In this document: in pieces, positions 9,756 to 19,466 of the stretch
Numbering within the stretch: the stretch's first letter is position 1
How the letters are laid out: the number at the start of each line of letters is the position of its first letter
Source: Candidatus Poribacteria bacterium
Lineage (GTDB): Bacteria > Poribacteria > WGA-4E > WGA-3G
Reading direction: 5' to 3'
Length of the DNA stretch: 64,000 bases
Assembly (NCBI GenBank): GCA_965198235.1
Contig: OZ240248.1
Location: 3,840,001-3,904,000, forward strand
Notes under the pieces: generated by a model
The model's database searches: none
What the model was told of the DNA's origin: nothing
What the model saw: only the letters and a program-made list of their open reading frames with translations
Position numbers and translations under genes: made by a program

Positions 9756-11023
9756 GAAATGAAATTATGCCTTAAATGGCATAATTTTGCTTCGCAGTGT
9801 CCCACAAGTTTCCTATAGAGGCTTGCGCAGAATGCTTTACATTTGGAGGGGTTTTTGCTTGGGCGTTTCTTTAGCCCAGGAGCAATAAATTAAAAGATGA
9901 AAACAGCAATTAGTATTGTTGACGATGCGTTTTACATTAACGGAGAAATTACCTATCCGGGACGTGTCTACCAAGGAAATAAAGTTGAAGGGTTACTGCT
10001 CAACACCCGTATGGTGCAAGGCATCTTCGATGATCGGAACCCCGAAACAATACATCTCTGGGAATATCCAGATACCGGTGAATGGGATCCAGAGCGCAAT
10101 ACGCGTGAATTTCTATCCGCGATGCCGACATGGCGCGCACACGGCGTATTGGCGTTCACCATTAACCTCCAAGGCGGCAGCCCCGAAGGGTACTCCAAAG
10201 CGCAACCGTGGCACAACTCAGGGATAGAAGCCGATGGCAGCCTCAATTCAGATTATCTCTCGCGACTTGAACGCATCATTGGCTTTGCGGATACACTCGG
10301 TATGGTTGTTATCCTCGGTTACTTCTATTTTGGGCAGGACCGTCGGCTGACCGACGAAAACGCCGTCAAAAGTGCCGTTGACAACGCAACGGGTTGGCTC
10401 TTTGACAAGGGATACACACATGTTATCGTTGAGGTTAACAACGAGTGCAACGTGAGATACTCACATGAAATTCTGCAGCCTGAGCGGGTGCATGAGTTGA
10501 TCGAACGGGTGAAGGCGAGGACACGTGAGGGCGATAGATTCCTCGTCGGGACGAGTTACGGTGGGGGTAGAGTGCCACTCGAAAATGTCGTCCGTTCCTC
10601 CGATTTCCTACTCGTTCATGGAAACGGCGTGAGCGATCCCAACCGCATCATTGAGATGGTCCAACAGACGCGTGGAGTGCCGGGCTACCGCCCGATGCCA
10701 ATCCTTTTCAATGAAGACGACCATTTTGATTTCGATAAACCCTTAAACAACTGTGTCGCTGCTGTGAGCCAATATGCATCATGGGGTTACTTCGACCCAG
10801 GTGAGAATGACTATTGCAACGGTTACCAATCCGTGCCAGTGCAATGGCAAATCAACACGCCGCGCAAACGCGCCTTTTTTCAGAAGGCTCGCGACATCAC
10901 TGGCTGCTATTCTTGATAGCATCAGAAACTGAGCCTGAAATGTTTTTTAAATAATTGGTCTTTGGACACCGCTCCGAATGTAAGCAAGAACAAATTATGC
11001 CATTTAAGGCATAATTTCATTTC
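9756..11023. repeat. 32-bp exact inverted repeat pair (9756-9787 and 10992-11023) containing the dyad aaattatgcc-N6-ggcataattt
   Basis: Direct comparison; the pair flanks gene 9897..10916. Confidence 0.9.
9897..10916 (+). CDS. Putative glycoside-hydrolase-like TIM-barrel protein
   Basis: Clan GH-A-like NNE motif (VEVNNEC), LVHGN, PILFNED. Confidence 0.6.
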   Translation: MKTAISIVDDAFYINGEITYPGRVYQGNKVEGLLLNTRMVQGIFDDRNPETIHLWEYPDTGEWDPERNTREFLSAMPTWRAHGVLAFTINLQGGSPEGYSKAQPWHNSGIEADGSLNSDYLSRLERIIGFADTLGMVVILGYFYFGQDRRLTDENAVKSAVDNATGWLFDKGYTHVIVEVNNECNVRYSHEILQPERVHELIERVKARTREGDRFLVGTSYGGGRVPLENVVRSSDFLLVHGNGVSDPNRIIEMVQQTRGVPGYRPMPILFNEDDHFDFDKPLNNCVAAVSQYASWGYFDPGENDYCNGYQSVPVQWQINTPRKRAFFQKARDITGCYS

Positions 11024-11197
11024 GCGATGGTTTCTGGTGAAACTCACATCCGACTCTAAAAAGGGACGTGCGGTTCACCAAGAACCTGCCTGAAATGAAA
11101 TGGAAGGCAGCCCAGAGGCCCATAAATTAAAATCCTGCCCGAAACGAAGTGGAGGGCAGAGCGGAGACCCATAGTTAAAAAAAGGAAAATTAAAAAT

Positions 11198-11968
11198 ATG
11201 CCACAAGTTGACCCTATCTATTTTGCAATTGTAATTGCTATTGTTATTATGCTCACAACAAGCGTCCGGATTCTCAAAGAATACGAGCGCGCCGTTATTT
11301 TTCGTCTCGGACGCTTGACTGGGACCCGTGGTCCTGGACTTGTGTTTATGATACCGTTCTGGATTGAGCGGATGCAGCGTATCAGCCTACGGGTTATCGT
11401 CAACGATGTCACCCCACAAGATGTGATTACGAAAGACAACGTTTCCGTAAGCGTCAACGCTGTGCTCACCTTCAGGGTGACCGGACCGGATAGAGCGGTA
11501 ATCGAGGTGGAAGACTTCGGTTTTGCCATCGCTCAGATCGCACAGACGACGCTCCGCAGTGTGCTTGGACGTGCTGAACTCGATGACCTACTCTCAGAGC
11601 GCGAGAAGTTAAATCAGGACTTAGAGGAAATCATCAAGAAGCATTGTGAACCGTGGGGGGTCGAGGTGCTTGCGATGGAGATCAAACACGTGGATCTTCC
11701 TGTTGAGATGCAACGCGCCATGGCGAAACAGGCGGAAGCGGAACGGGAACGGCGTGCCAAAATCACACACGCTGAAGGTGAATTTGAGTCAGCCGAGGTT
11801 CTAACCAATGCCGCTGAAATCCTTAGTAGAACCCCGACCGCTGTGCAGCTCCGATTCCTTCAAGCGTTGGTAGAAGTCAGTGCAGAGAAAAACTCAACCG
11901 TCGTCTTCCCAATCCCGATTGACCTGCTCAGTCCGTTCCTTGAGAAAATAAAAGGTAAAGAAGAATAG
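11198..11968 (+). CDS. SPFH/band 7 (stomatin-like) protein
   Basis: [38 protein letters not shown]. Confidence 0.95.
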   Translation: MPQVDPIYFAIVIAIVIMLTTSVRILKEYERAVIFRLGRLTGTRGPGLVFMIPFWIERMQRISLRVIVNDVTPQDVITKDNVSVSVNAVLTFRVTGPDRAVIEVEDFGFAIAQIAQTTLRSVLGRAELDDLLSEREKLNQDLEEIIKKHCEPWGVEVLAMEIKHVDLPVEMQRAMAKQAEAERERRAKITHAEGEFESAEVLTNAAEILSRTPTAVQLRFLQALVEVSAEKNSTVVFPIPIDLLSPFLEKIKGKEE

Positions 11969-12031
11969 ACGTTTGCTGGTAGACGCGCGAGATGCGCGCA
12001 GAGAAAGCCAGAGAATAGGAATGGGATTAAA

Positions 12032-13003
12032 TCAATACCCCCAATTTCCATGTGCCAGTGGGGCGCGATTGAGTTCGTCCCGATAAGCACGCCATTGGGG
12101 TAGAAACTCGTCCATCAACGCGTAAAATCGATCGCTGTGCGCACGCTCCAGCAGATGAACCATCTCATGCACCAAGATATACACCAAGCATGATTGCGGT
12201 TTCTTTGCGAGTTCGAGATTCAGCCAGAAGAATTGATTGTGTCGGCAAATTTTCTTGGTATTTGCATCGAATACAATGAAGTTGTGCAGGATGTCGAGCA
12301 ATCGGGTTTTGTTGCAGATTTGACTGAGTTCTCGGAGCAACAGATTATCGCCTGCATCGGGGTGGGCATCTGCCTCTTTCCAGCGCAACCAGTGTTTCTC
12401 TGGCGTTTTGATGACACCGTAGTATAGCCCTTGGGTTTCGTTGCCTGCCATGACAAGTTGCACAGTGGCGAAAAACCATTCGATGAAATCTTCGCGTTGG
12501 TTGGTAAGGTTCTGACGGATGCCTTCGGAAACAGAGACAGTGGAACGTTTTAACTCGAGGACACCGATGGCGATGCCGTTGATGTATAGGACTAAATCGG
12601 GACGTTTGGTGTTCTCGCCTTTGAGGGTTACCTCTTCGGCGATACCGAAATCGTTATTGAACGGATGCTCCCAGTCGATCAGCATGACAGTGGTTCGGTG
12701 CTCGCCGGTGCTGGGTTGGACGTTGATGCCGTAGCGCAACAGCCCATAGACCTCTCGATTTACTTCGTAGAGTTTTCTGCTGCCGCCGAGTGCCGCCGCC
12801 TTTTTTAGTTCAAACAGCACTTTGGAGATGATGGCATCGTCATGTCGTCTGCTGCTCAGCCAATCGGTAAGCAGCCCTGTGTCAACGTTGCTATTCTCCT
12901 GACGCTCTTGCCAGTTGCCGAGGTAGGTATACCCCAACACCTTCTGGAAGAATGTGAGGACACGTGCCTGTGTGCCTGTTTCTCTGTCACCAACGGTGTT
13001 CAT
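12032..13003 (-). pseudogene. hsdR: Type I restriction HsdR N-terminal fragment fused in frame to an M48/YgjP metallopeptidase C-terminus
   Basis: RPDLVLYINGI..ELK nuclease motif; KKICRHNQFF joins WLNLELAKKP...HEMVH; helicase domains absent. Confidence 0.85.
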
Positions 13004-13117
13004 GGTAATAGTTATCAGTACGCTCACTGCGTTCGCTTTCAGCAGTCAGTACGGGTTGCTACGCAACCCTTTCAGTTAAAGCCTTGGCGCGGCGATAGGT
13101 GTATGAAAAGACTTGGG

Positions 13118-13149
13118 CTGCATCTTATACTGCATCTTATACTGCATCT
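13118..13149. repeat. 12-bp tandem repeat (ctgcatcttata, about 2.7 copies) spanning the stop codon of the adjacent gene fragment
   Basis: Direct reading. Confidence 0.9.
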
Positions 13150-13535
13150 CCTGATTTCAGATTCGCGAGTTCAGTCCTTCCTTTGTCTGTCAACCGGTAC
13201 TGCTGCCGTCGACTCCTGGGTTTATCTGGCAGTGTGTATTCAATCATCTGATCATCCAGAAGGTCTCGAACAACGTTGTAGAGTTGACCGGATGCCCTCC
13301 TTTGTCCTAATTTCTTGGACAATTCGGATCTTGACAGTGGACCATCAGCAAGTAAGTTTAGCACTTTCGATTTAAGATCTCCAGGGATTAACTCTGGCTG
13401 CACCTTAATCTGCTCTGGAGGTGTGGCACGCCAAATCGTTGTCTTGAATCCACTACTGTCGGTGAATTCCGGTTCGGATAAGTTAGCATCACTGCAACGG
13501 CGGATCATGTCTAACGTTCCTGTTTCCATCAGCGT
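13137..13535 (-). pseudogene. 3' fragment of an AlbA/HATPase_c_4-wHTH (RecG C-terminal-like) regulator gene, truncated at the REP boundary
   Basis: TGTLDMIRRC...EPEF and C-terminal IEYTLPDKPRSRRQQYRLT wHTH; the upstream part of the ORF is REP sequence. Confidence 0.7.
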
Positions 13536-14284
13536 TCCTTGCTCCAGCGGAGCAAGATGTCTATAGAAAAATATGCTGAAGACCGTTGCACTCCAGCGGA
13601 GTGCTATGTCCACAGAAAACTGTGGCCAGTAGGTTATTCTCCAGAGGCGGTATCTGCCACTGGATCAAAAACATACTTCAAATCATACGCGACCCCAAAA
13701 CGCTCTAAAAACGTAAGATATTCATCACGGAACGTCTGTTGCGAATGATGGGTCTCCTGATTTTCAATATATGTGGCCACTTTGGGTATCTGAGAGTGTG
13801 AATAACTGAAAGCACCGAACCCTGTCTGCCATGAAAATTGACCGACAGTCCAACGCTTCTGGTTGATAAAGCGCGTCGAATTTACCTTGATGTCTTTTAC
13901 TAAACCAGACAACGCGACATCCGGAGTCATCCCGATCAGGATATGGATATGATCCGGCATTGAATTGATTTGAATCAATTTTTGTTTTTTGTTGGTGATG
14001 ATGCCGGTGATATATTTGTGAAGTTCTGGCTTGTGCTGTTTGGGGATAAGCGCGTGTCTACCTTTCACAGAAAACACAATATGCACATAGAGTTGGGTAT
14101 AAGTATCTGCCATAGGTTTTTATATCTCTCCAGCATTTGCTATATCTATCGCGATAAGTCCACCCTATTATATCTGCATCGCCTATTGTGTGTCAAAAAG
14201 TTGTTAAGGTACATAGCACTCCGCTGGAGTGCAGCCGGTTCGCAACCAATATTCTATAGACATATTGCTCCTCTGGAGCAAGGA
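13536..14284. mobile_element. REPtron/IS200-like element: tnpA flanked by about 74-bp imperfect inverted repeats, each with two palindromes
   Basis: 13536-13609 is similar to the reverse complement of 14211-14284 (gctccagcggagc, gcactccagcggagtgc, atgtctatagaa). Confidence 0.85.
13634..14113 (-). CDS. tnpA: IS200/IS605-family (Y1 HUH) or REP-associated tyrosine transposase TnpA
   Basis: YVHIVFSVK, DHIH (HUH), WQTGFGAFS, YIENQETHH. Confidence 0.92.
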   Translation of the reverse strand: MADTYTQLYVHIVFSVKGRHALIPKQHKPELHKYITGIITNKKQKLIQINSMPDHIHILIGMTPDVALSGLVKDIKVNSTRFINQKRWTVGQFSWQTGFGAFSYSHSQIPKVATYIENQETHHSQQTFRDEYLTFLERFGVAYDLKYVFDPVADTASGE

Positions 14285-14404
14285 GACCGATTTTTGAGAT
14301 GCCCCCGATGCCTTTCGGATATGTGTTTATACGTCTTTTTCGGGGCTACCTCCTCACGCCAGATGAAGATTAAGAATTTAATCGGGTAATTTTGACCGAT
14401 GCCC

Positions 14405-14541
14405 GGTGCGGTTAGGAAACCGCACCTACCGGGTTTGGGGGAACATAGAATTACCCAAATATTTTATTGACAAACGGTTGGATTGCTAAGATGTAAATAG
14501 GTAGGAAAAAGAATAGGGCGGGTACCGGGACCCGCCCCTAC
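14405..14541 (-). repeat. GTAG-type REP palindromes (further copies near 32577, 34962, 35191, 38101, 43684, 51563, 53447)
   Basis: GTAG followed by an imperfect palindrome, e.g. gtaggtgcggtttcctaaccgcacc and gtaggggcgggtcccggtacccgccct. Confidence 0.75.
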
Positions 14542-14564
14542 AATGGACATAAATGTTTCTGAAT

Positions 14565-15620
14565 CTACCAATCTTCATCAAAGAACGGTGTGCTTGGGTA
14601 ACTATAGACGTTGCCTTCGTAGTTGCGGAGTTGTATCTCGTCGTCATCGAAGGCTACAATTGGATCGGGGATCAGCGCAATTTTTCCGCCGCCACCGGGG
14701 GCATCGACGACATAATGCGGCACACCCAGCCCAGATATATGTCCACGCAACGCGGCGACAATGTCTAAGCCCGTTTTTACGGCTGTCCGGAAATGATCGG
14801 TGCCGACGACAAGATCGGCTTGATAGATATAGTACGGCTTGACTCGAATGCGCAACAGTCCCTTCATCAGTTCCACCATCACGGCGGGATCGTCATTCAC
14901 ACCTTTCAGAAGCACTGCCTGGTTACCGAGGGGTATACCTGCATCAGCTAACATGCCGCATGCCTTCTCGGTTTCGGGTGTAATCTCACGTGGATGGTTG
15001 AAATGGGTGTTGATATAGAAAGGGTGGTGCCGTTTCAGGATAGCACACAATTCTGGTGTGATGCGTTGCGGCAACGTTACCGGGACGCGCGAACCGATCC
15101 GAATGATTTCCAAGTGTTCAATCGCTCGTAATCCCCCGACGATCATATCGATTTTCTTATCCGTCAACATGAGCGGGTCACCACCGGAGATAATCACGTC
15201 ACGGATTTCTGGATGCGCCTGAATGTAGGCAAGTCCCGTCTCAATGTTATCTTCAGAAATAGAGTGTGGGTCACCGACTTTCCGTTTACGGGTACAGAAA
15301 CGGCAATAGATTGGACACATATAATTGACGTAGAAGAGTGCCCTATCGGGGTATCGATGCGTTACGTTTGGCACTTCACTATCGTCTTCTTCGTGCAGTG
15401 GATCCTCTACGCCGGTGCTTATCAGTTCTCTTGGATCAGGAACGACCTGTTTCCAAATTGGATCACCAGGTTCTTCTATGAGACTCAGATAATAGGGATT
15501 GATGCGGATCGGGAATTCTTTGTGAATACGCCGCATCTCCTCTAAGTCAATATCAAAGGTAGCGGCAAGTTTTTCTGGGGTGTTGACAGTGTCTCTCACG
15601 AGACGTTTCCATTCTTCCAT
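14565..15620 (-). CDS. KamA-family radical SAM protein (lysine 2,3-aminomutase-like)
   Basis: HRYPDR, CPIYCRFCTRKR, SGGDPL, HFNHPRE, YVVDAPGGGGK. Confidence 0.92.
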   Translation of the reverse strand: MEEWKRLVRDTVNTPEKLAATFDIDLEEMRRIHKEFPIRINPYYLSLIEEPGDPIWKQVVPDPRELISTGVEDPLHEEDDSEVPNVTHRYPDRALFYVNYMCPIYCRFCTRKRKVGDPHSISEDNIETGLAYIQAHPEIRDVIISGGDPLMLTDKKIDMIVGGLRAIEHLEIIRIGSRVPVTLPQRITPELCAILKRHHPFYINTHFNHPREITPETEKACGMLADAGIPLGNQAVLLKGVNDDPAVMVELMKGLLRIRVKPYYIYQADLVVGTDHFRTAVKTGLDIVAALRGHISGLGVPHYVVDAPGGGGKIALIPDPIVAFDDDEIQLRNYEGNVYSYPSTPFFDEDW

Positions 15621-15748
15621 TTATTATGTCCATCCTTTCCGAATTTCCGCGCGAATACGTGTTGCGCTGTCGGCGCGATACCTTCTATAAAAACTCGCGA
15701 GCAACGTCCTACATTAAGGACTATGGGACGTAGAATTGATTAGAGATA

Positions 15749-16282
15749 CTACGGTGCAACTGTGTAATTTTCGATCATCACTCTGTTCATGACATCACGT
15801 TCACGGAGTGCGTCTACCACATCCAGTCCTTCAATAACTTTGCCAAACGTGGTGTAGCTACCGTTAAGATGCTCGTAACGGGTTGGGTCGGTGCTGAGAC
15901 AGATATAAAACTGACTTCCCGCTGAGTCGGGATTTTGTGTCCGAGCCATCGCAACAACACCCTTTTCGTGCACCGGCATCTTGTCACGAAGTTCTGGGTC
16001 TTGGAACTCACCCCGAATCGTCCATCCAGGTCCGCCTCTACCGGTTCCCTCTGGATCGCCCCCTTGGATAACGAAGTCAGGGACAAATCGGTGGAAGATC
16101 ACACCATCGTAATATCCTGCTTCGATCAGTCTCGCAAAATTCTCTACTGTGGTTGGAGCAGCCTCTGGGTAAAGTTCAATAAGGATGTTTCCTTTTTCAG
16201 TTTCAATCGTTACATAAGGCAATTGATTGTTGTTGCAGGAAATAATTGCGGCGCAAAACGTGCCTAATAAACTAAATCGCAT
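15749..16282 (-). CDS. Cyclophilin-type peptidyl-prolyl isomerase, possibly a lipoprotein
   Basis: FHRFVPDFVIQGGDP, AMAR, SAGSQFYI, YTTFGKV. Confidence 0.95.
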   Translation of the reverse strand: MRFSLLGTFCAAIISCNNNQLPYVTIETEKGNILIELYPEAAPTTVENFARLIEAGYYDGVIFHRFVPDFVIQGGDPEGTGRGGPGWTIRGEFQDPELRDKMPVHEKGVVAMARTQNPDSAGSQFYICLSTDPTRYEHLNGSYTTFGKVIEGLDVVDALRERDVMNRVMIENYTVAP

Positions 16283-16613
16283 AATTTTAGTGTGAAAATT
16301 TGGGTATCTTCACGAATTCCTTTTTGGGTTTCATCAAAAATTTCCGACGAGTGTCCGCTTAACAAATAGATTCGGCATAAACTACACTCTCGTTGAAGGT
16401 GCAGAGTTGATATACATTATACACTTATTTGCGTGTGAAGTCAAGCAGAATTTTGAAGGTATTCGGTTTCCGTGTTCTATTCGATTTCTGTAGACTTTGT
16501 GTTTTTTTGAGGAAAAACGGAACGGTTTGCAACAGATTTGCGTATCAGGTGTGCGGAGTAACCTAATATCTCGTGGATAAAAGCAAGGAATTTCTGACGA
16601 CACGGTGTTCACC

Positions 16614-16642
16614 TTGACACCGCCCGTTAGACATGGTATTCT
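16614..16642 (+). promoter_or_regulatory. sigma70 promoter TTGACA-N17-TATTCT with extended -10
   Basis: Immediately upstream of disA. Confidence 0.6.
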
Positions 16643-16655
16643 ATTAATATAGGAA

Positions 16656-17765
16656 GTGATTGCAGTGCAAAGCATCTCAACAGAAAATCAAAAAACACGC
16701 GAACTCTTTGCAGCACTGAAGCTGCTATCGCCAGGGACTTATCTGAGGGAAGGTATTGATTATATCATCCAAAGTAAAACCGGTGGGCTCATCGTCTTGG
16801 GTGATACGCCAGAGATTCTGGATTTGACAGAAGGCGGCTTCCGGATTAATTGCCCATATACGCCGACAAGCTTATATGAGTTGGCGAAAATGGATGGCGC
16901 GATTATTCTTTCTGAAGATATGAAACATATAGCGCGCGCGAATGTAACGTTGAGAACAAGCCCGACTATTCCCTCTAATGAAACAGGACTCCGCCACCGC
17001 TCGGCGGATAAATTTGCGAGAGAGACTGATCATATTGTCCTCGCGGTCTCACGAAGCCGAAATACGCTCACCCTGTATCTCAAAGATCAGCGTTATATTT
17101 TCCGAGAAGGTCCTACATTGCTTTCCGGTGCGAATCAAACGATGCTCGTACTGACACAGCACCTCAAAGCACTCCGAAATGCCGTTACCATTCTGAATTG
17201 GGCTGAATTAAGTGGAAATGTCGCCTTAGCGGAGGTCGTCGCTGCTATCCAATTGTGTGAACGCGTTCGCCGCGCTGAACAGGAATTGGACCGCTATAGG
17301 ATTGAGTTAGGCACACAAGCGCAATCTCTACAGTATGTTATTCCCGAACTCACAACTGAAATTGAGAGTGGACTTCTGATTATAAAAGATTATTATCATG
17401 AGTGTCTACGTGACGCGTCTGAAGCGTTTGAAGCAATTTTGGGTCTGGATGCACACAGCCTCGCAGACCAGAGCAACATTAGTGAAGCTTTAGGGTATTC
17501 GCGTGATGTGCACAACACTTTCGAGGTGCTCGAACCACGCGGGTATCGAATGCTTAGCCAAGTGCCTCGTATTCCCTTCAGTATTGTTGAAAATATCGTT
17601 CACACATTCAAAACATTGGATCGGGTTAACACAGCTGCCGTTGGTGAACTCCAGGCAGTTGATGGAGTGGGTAAGGCACGGGCATCGACAATCAAGAACA
17701 CACTCGCGCACATGAAGTCAACATCTGTTCAACCTGAAGTTCTGGCTTTGTCTGTATATGAATGA
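16656..17765 (+). CDS. disA: DNA integrity scanning diadenylate cyclase DisA
   Basis: ELAKMDGA and ETGLRHRSA DAC motifs; PRGYRML linker; C-terminal HhH VDGVGKARA. Confidence 0.92.
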   Translation: MIAVQSISTENQKTRELFAALKLLSPGTYLREGIDYIIQSKTGGLIVLGDTPEILDLTEGGFRINCPYTPTSLYELAKMDGAIILSEDMKHIARANVTLRTSPTIPSNETGLRHRSADKFARETDHIVLAVSRSRNTLTLYLKDQRYIFREGPTLLSGANQTMLVLTQHLKALRNAVTILNWAELSGNVALAEVVAAIQLCERVRRAEQELDRYRIELGTQAQSLQYVIPELTTEIESGLLIIKDYYHECLRDASEAFEAILGLDAHSLADQSNISEALGYSRDVHNTFEVLEPRGYRMLSQVPRIPFSIVENIVHTFKTLDRVNTAAVGELQAVDGVGKARASTIKNTLAHMKSTSVQPEVLALSVYE

Positions 17766-17969
17766 TGAAAAGAGAAATTTACTTTTTTAAGGGTGTTGAG
17801 TTTAGAAAATAATCGTGAATTGGAGGCACATCGCGCACCTCAATTTTTGCGTATTGTAACCCAAGTTGCTACTTAATAGGTCTTAGGGGTTTAAACGCAG
17901 ATTTTTCAAGGAAAAGTGTATCTTCACACCCCGTAGGGGTGTTATGTTTATAGAAAAAGGAGTTAGAAA

Positions 17970-19298
17970 ATGAAACGGTTCATCGCTTTATCGCGGAAGG
18001 GTAACGTCGCACCCAGTGGGCTTTTCTTCATTGGGATGCTTCTCGTTTCGTTCGGTTTAGTAGGATGTGGCGGAAAACTCGGAAAAATAGAAGCATCAGC
18101 AGTTGACACGGCGATCGCGGACGCTGAAGCAGCTATTGCAGCGGCAGTAGCGGTTGATGCACCGACACTCGCATCGGATGTGTTTGAAGCTGCGAAAGCC
18201 AACCTTGAGGCTGCAAAAACAGCACTCGACGAGAAAAAAGGAAACGATGCGCTCCGCCTCGCATATCAAGCGATGGCTAATGCCACACTTGCTCGAACGA
18301 ATTCTATCAATATCACTAAAAATTCGGAATTGAATGCATCTATACTCCAGAAGGAAGCTGAAGCAGAATCACTTCGCGAGACTGTTAGTAGTAAAAAGGA
18401 AGAACTCGCAGGGCTTCACTCCGAGATTCAAGACGTTCAGAGCAAGGGAACGCAACTGAAACAGACCGTTCGCGACCTCCAGAAAGAGAATCGTGAGTTG
18501 GGCGATACACGGGCAGCCTACGGGGAACAGGTCGCACAACTCTCTGAAACTTTAGGAGAGATTCAGAGACGTGCTCGACGGGCGGAAACCGAGATTCGCA
18601 ATTACGGTAGAGAGGTTGCAGCACTCCGTCGGAAACTTGAAGTTGCTGACAGAATGGTGAAAGAGGAAGGGTATCAGAAACGGTCGGTTATCGCTGAGAT
18701 AGATTCTCTTAAGAGACAACTCCGTGAACAGGCGCAAATTTATACCGAGAAACTTGCAGAAGCCAACCAGCAAAATGCAGGCGCGAAGCATGCGGAATAT
18801 CTCAAACAGAAAGCACAAGAGGCGCGGGCGTATGTTGACAGTCAACCGGCACTCCATCCTGCTAAGACCGGGCGCATTACGCTTTCTACTGAACAGATTG
18901 CAGCTGGCAAGATGGCACTTAGTAATTGGGAGCGCGCATGGCATGCGAAGAACTTCAATGGACACCTTGCCTACTATGAACCTAATATTATTGCCGACAA
19001 AGTCGTGATTCACGAGAGTAAAGAACATCGAAGTAAAATCGATCTCCAGCAACTCGAAGCAGATCTTCACCAGATGAGCACCCACGCGTGGAACAAAGCC
19101 AAAGCCGATACCGAGGTCGAGGGAGAAAGTGTTATCGGTATCCATCGACTGACCCGGTTGGCGACTCCAGCAGCAGACGAGAACGCTACGGAGCTCTACA
19201 ATATTTGGATTCGCGAAGTCTGGATGCATCAAGTTGGTAACGACTGGAAAATTCATCACGAAATCTGGCAAATCTATGAGAACGTACCAAATTTTTAA
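17970..19298 (+). CDS. Putative lipoprotein: DUF4398-like N-terminus, coiled coil, C-terminal NTF2-like domain
   Basis: Lipobox LVGC; Ala-rich helices; WERAW..K...Y and WKIHHE motifs. Confidence 0.6.
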   Translation: MKRFIALSRKGNVAPSGLFFIGMLLVSFGLVGCGGKLGKIEASAVDTAIADAEAAIAAAVAVDAPTLASDVFEAAKANLEAAKTALDEKKGNDALRLAYQAMANATLARTNSINITKNSELNASILQKEAEAESLRETVSSKKEELAGLHSEIQDVQSKGTQLKQTVRDLQKENRELGDTRAAYGEQVAQLSETLGEIQRRARRAETEIRNYGREVAALRRKLEVADRMVKEEGYQKRSVIAEIDSLKRQLREQAQIYTEKLAEANQQNAGAKHAEYLKQKAQEARAYVDSQPALHPAKTGRITLSTEQIAAGKMALSNWERAWHAKNFNGHLAYYEPNIIADKVVIHESKEHRSKIDLQQLEADLHQMSTHAWNKAKADTEVEGESVIGIHRLTRLATPAADENATELYNIWIREVWMHQVGNDWKIHHEIWQIYENVPNF

Positions 19299-19466
19299 TT
19301 TTTTAATTATGGACTCTTGGGCTACACGACTACAGACAGGTTCTGCCTCACGGTAGAAAATACGCCAGCAGAGCAAAATGTCTGTAGGTTCTGCCTCACG
19401 GCAGAAAATACAATGCCCCTTCTTGCTCCAGCGGAGCAAAATGTCTGTAGAAGCGGAGGTTAAATC

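Noticed and set aside
13970-14389. 139-aa ORF sharing IALRWSA...YRH.APLEQG with the 13137..13613 ORF
   Set aside because: The similarity is translated REP inverted-repeat DNA, not a protein family
17766-17969. c-di-AMP riboswitch downstream of disA
   Set aside because: No recognisable ydaO consensus; only a terminator-like hairpin and a REP
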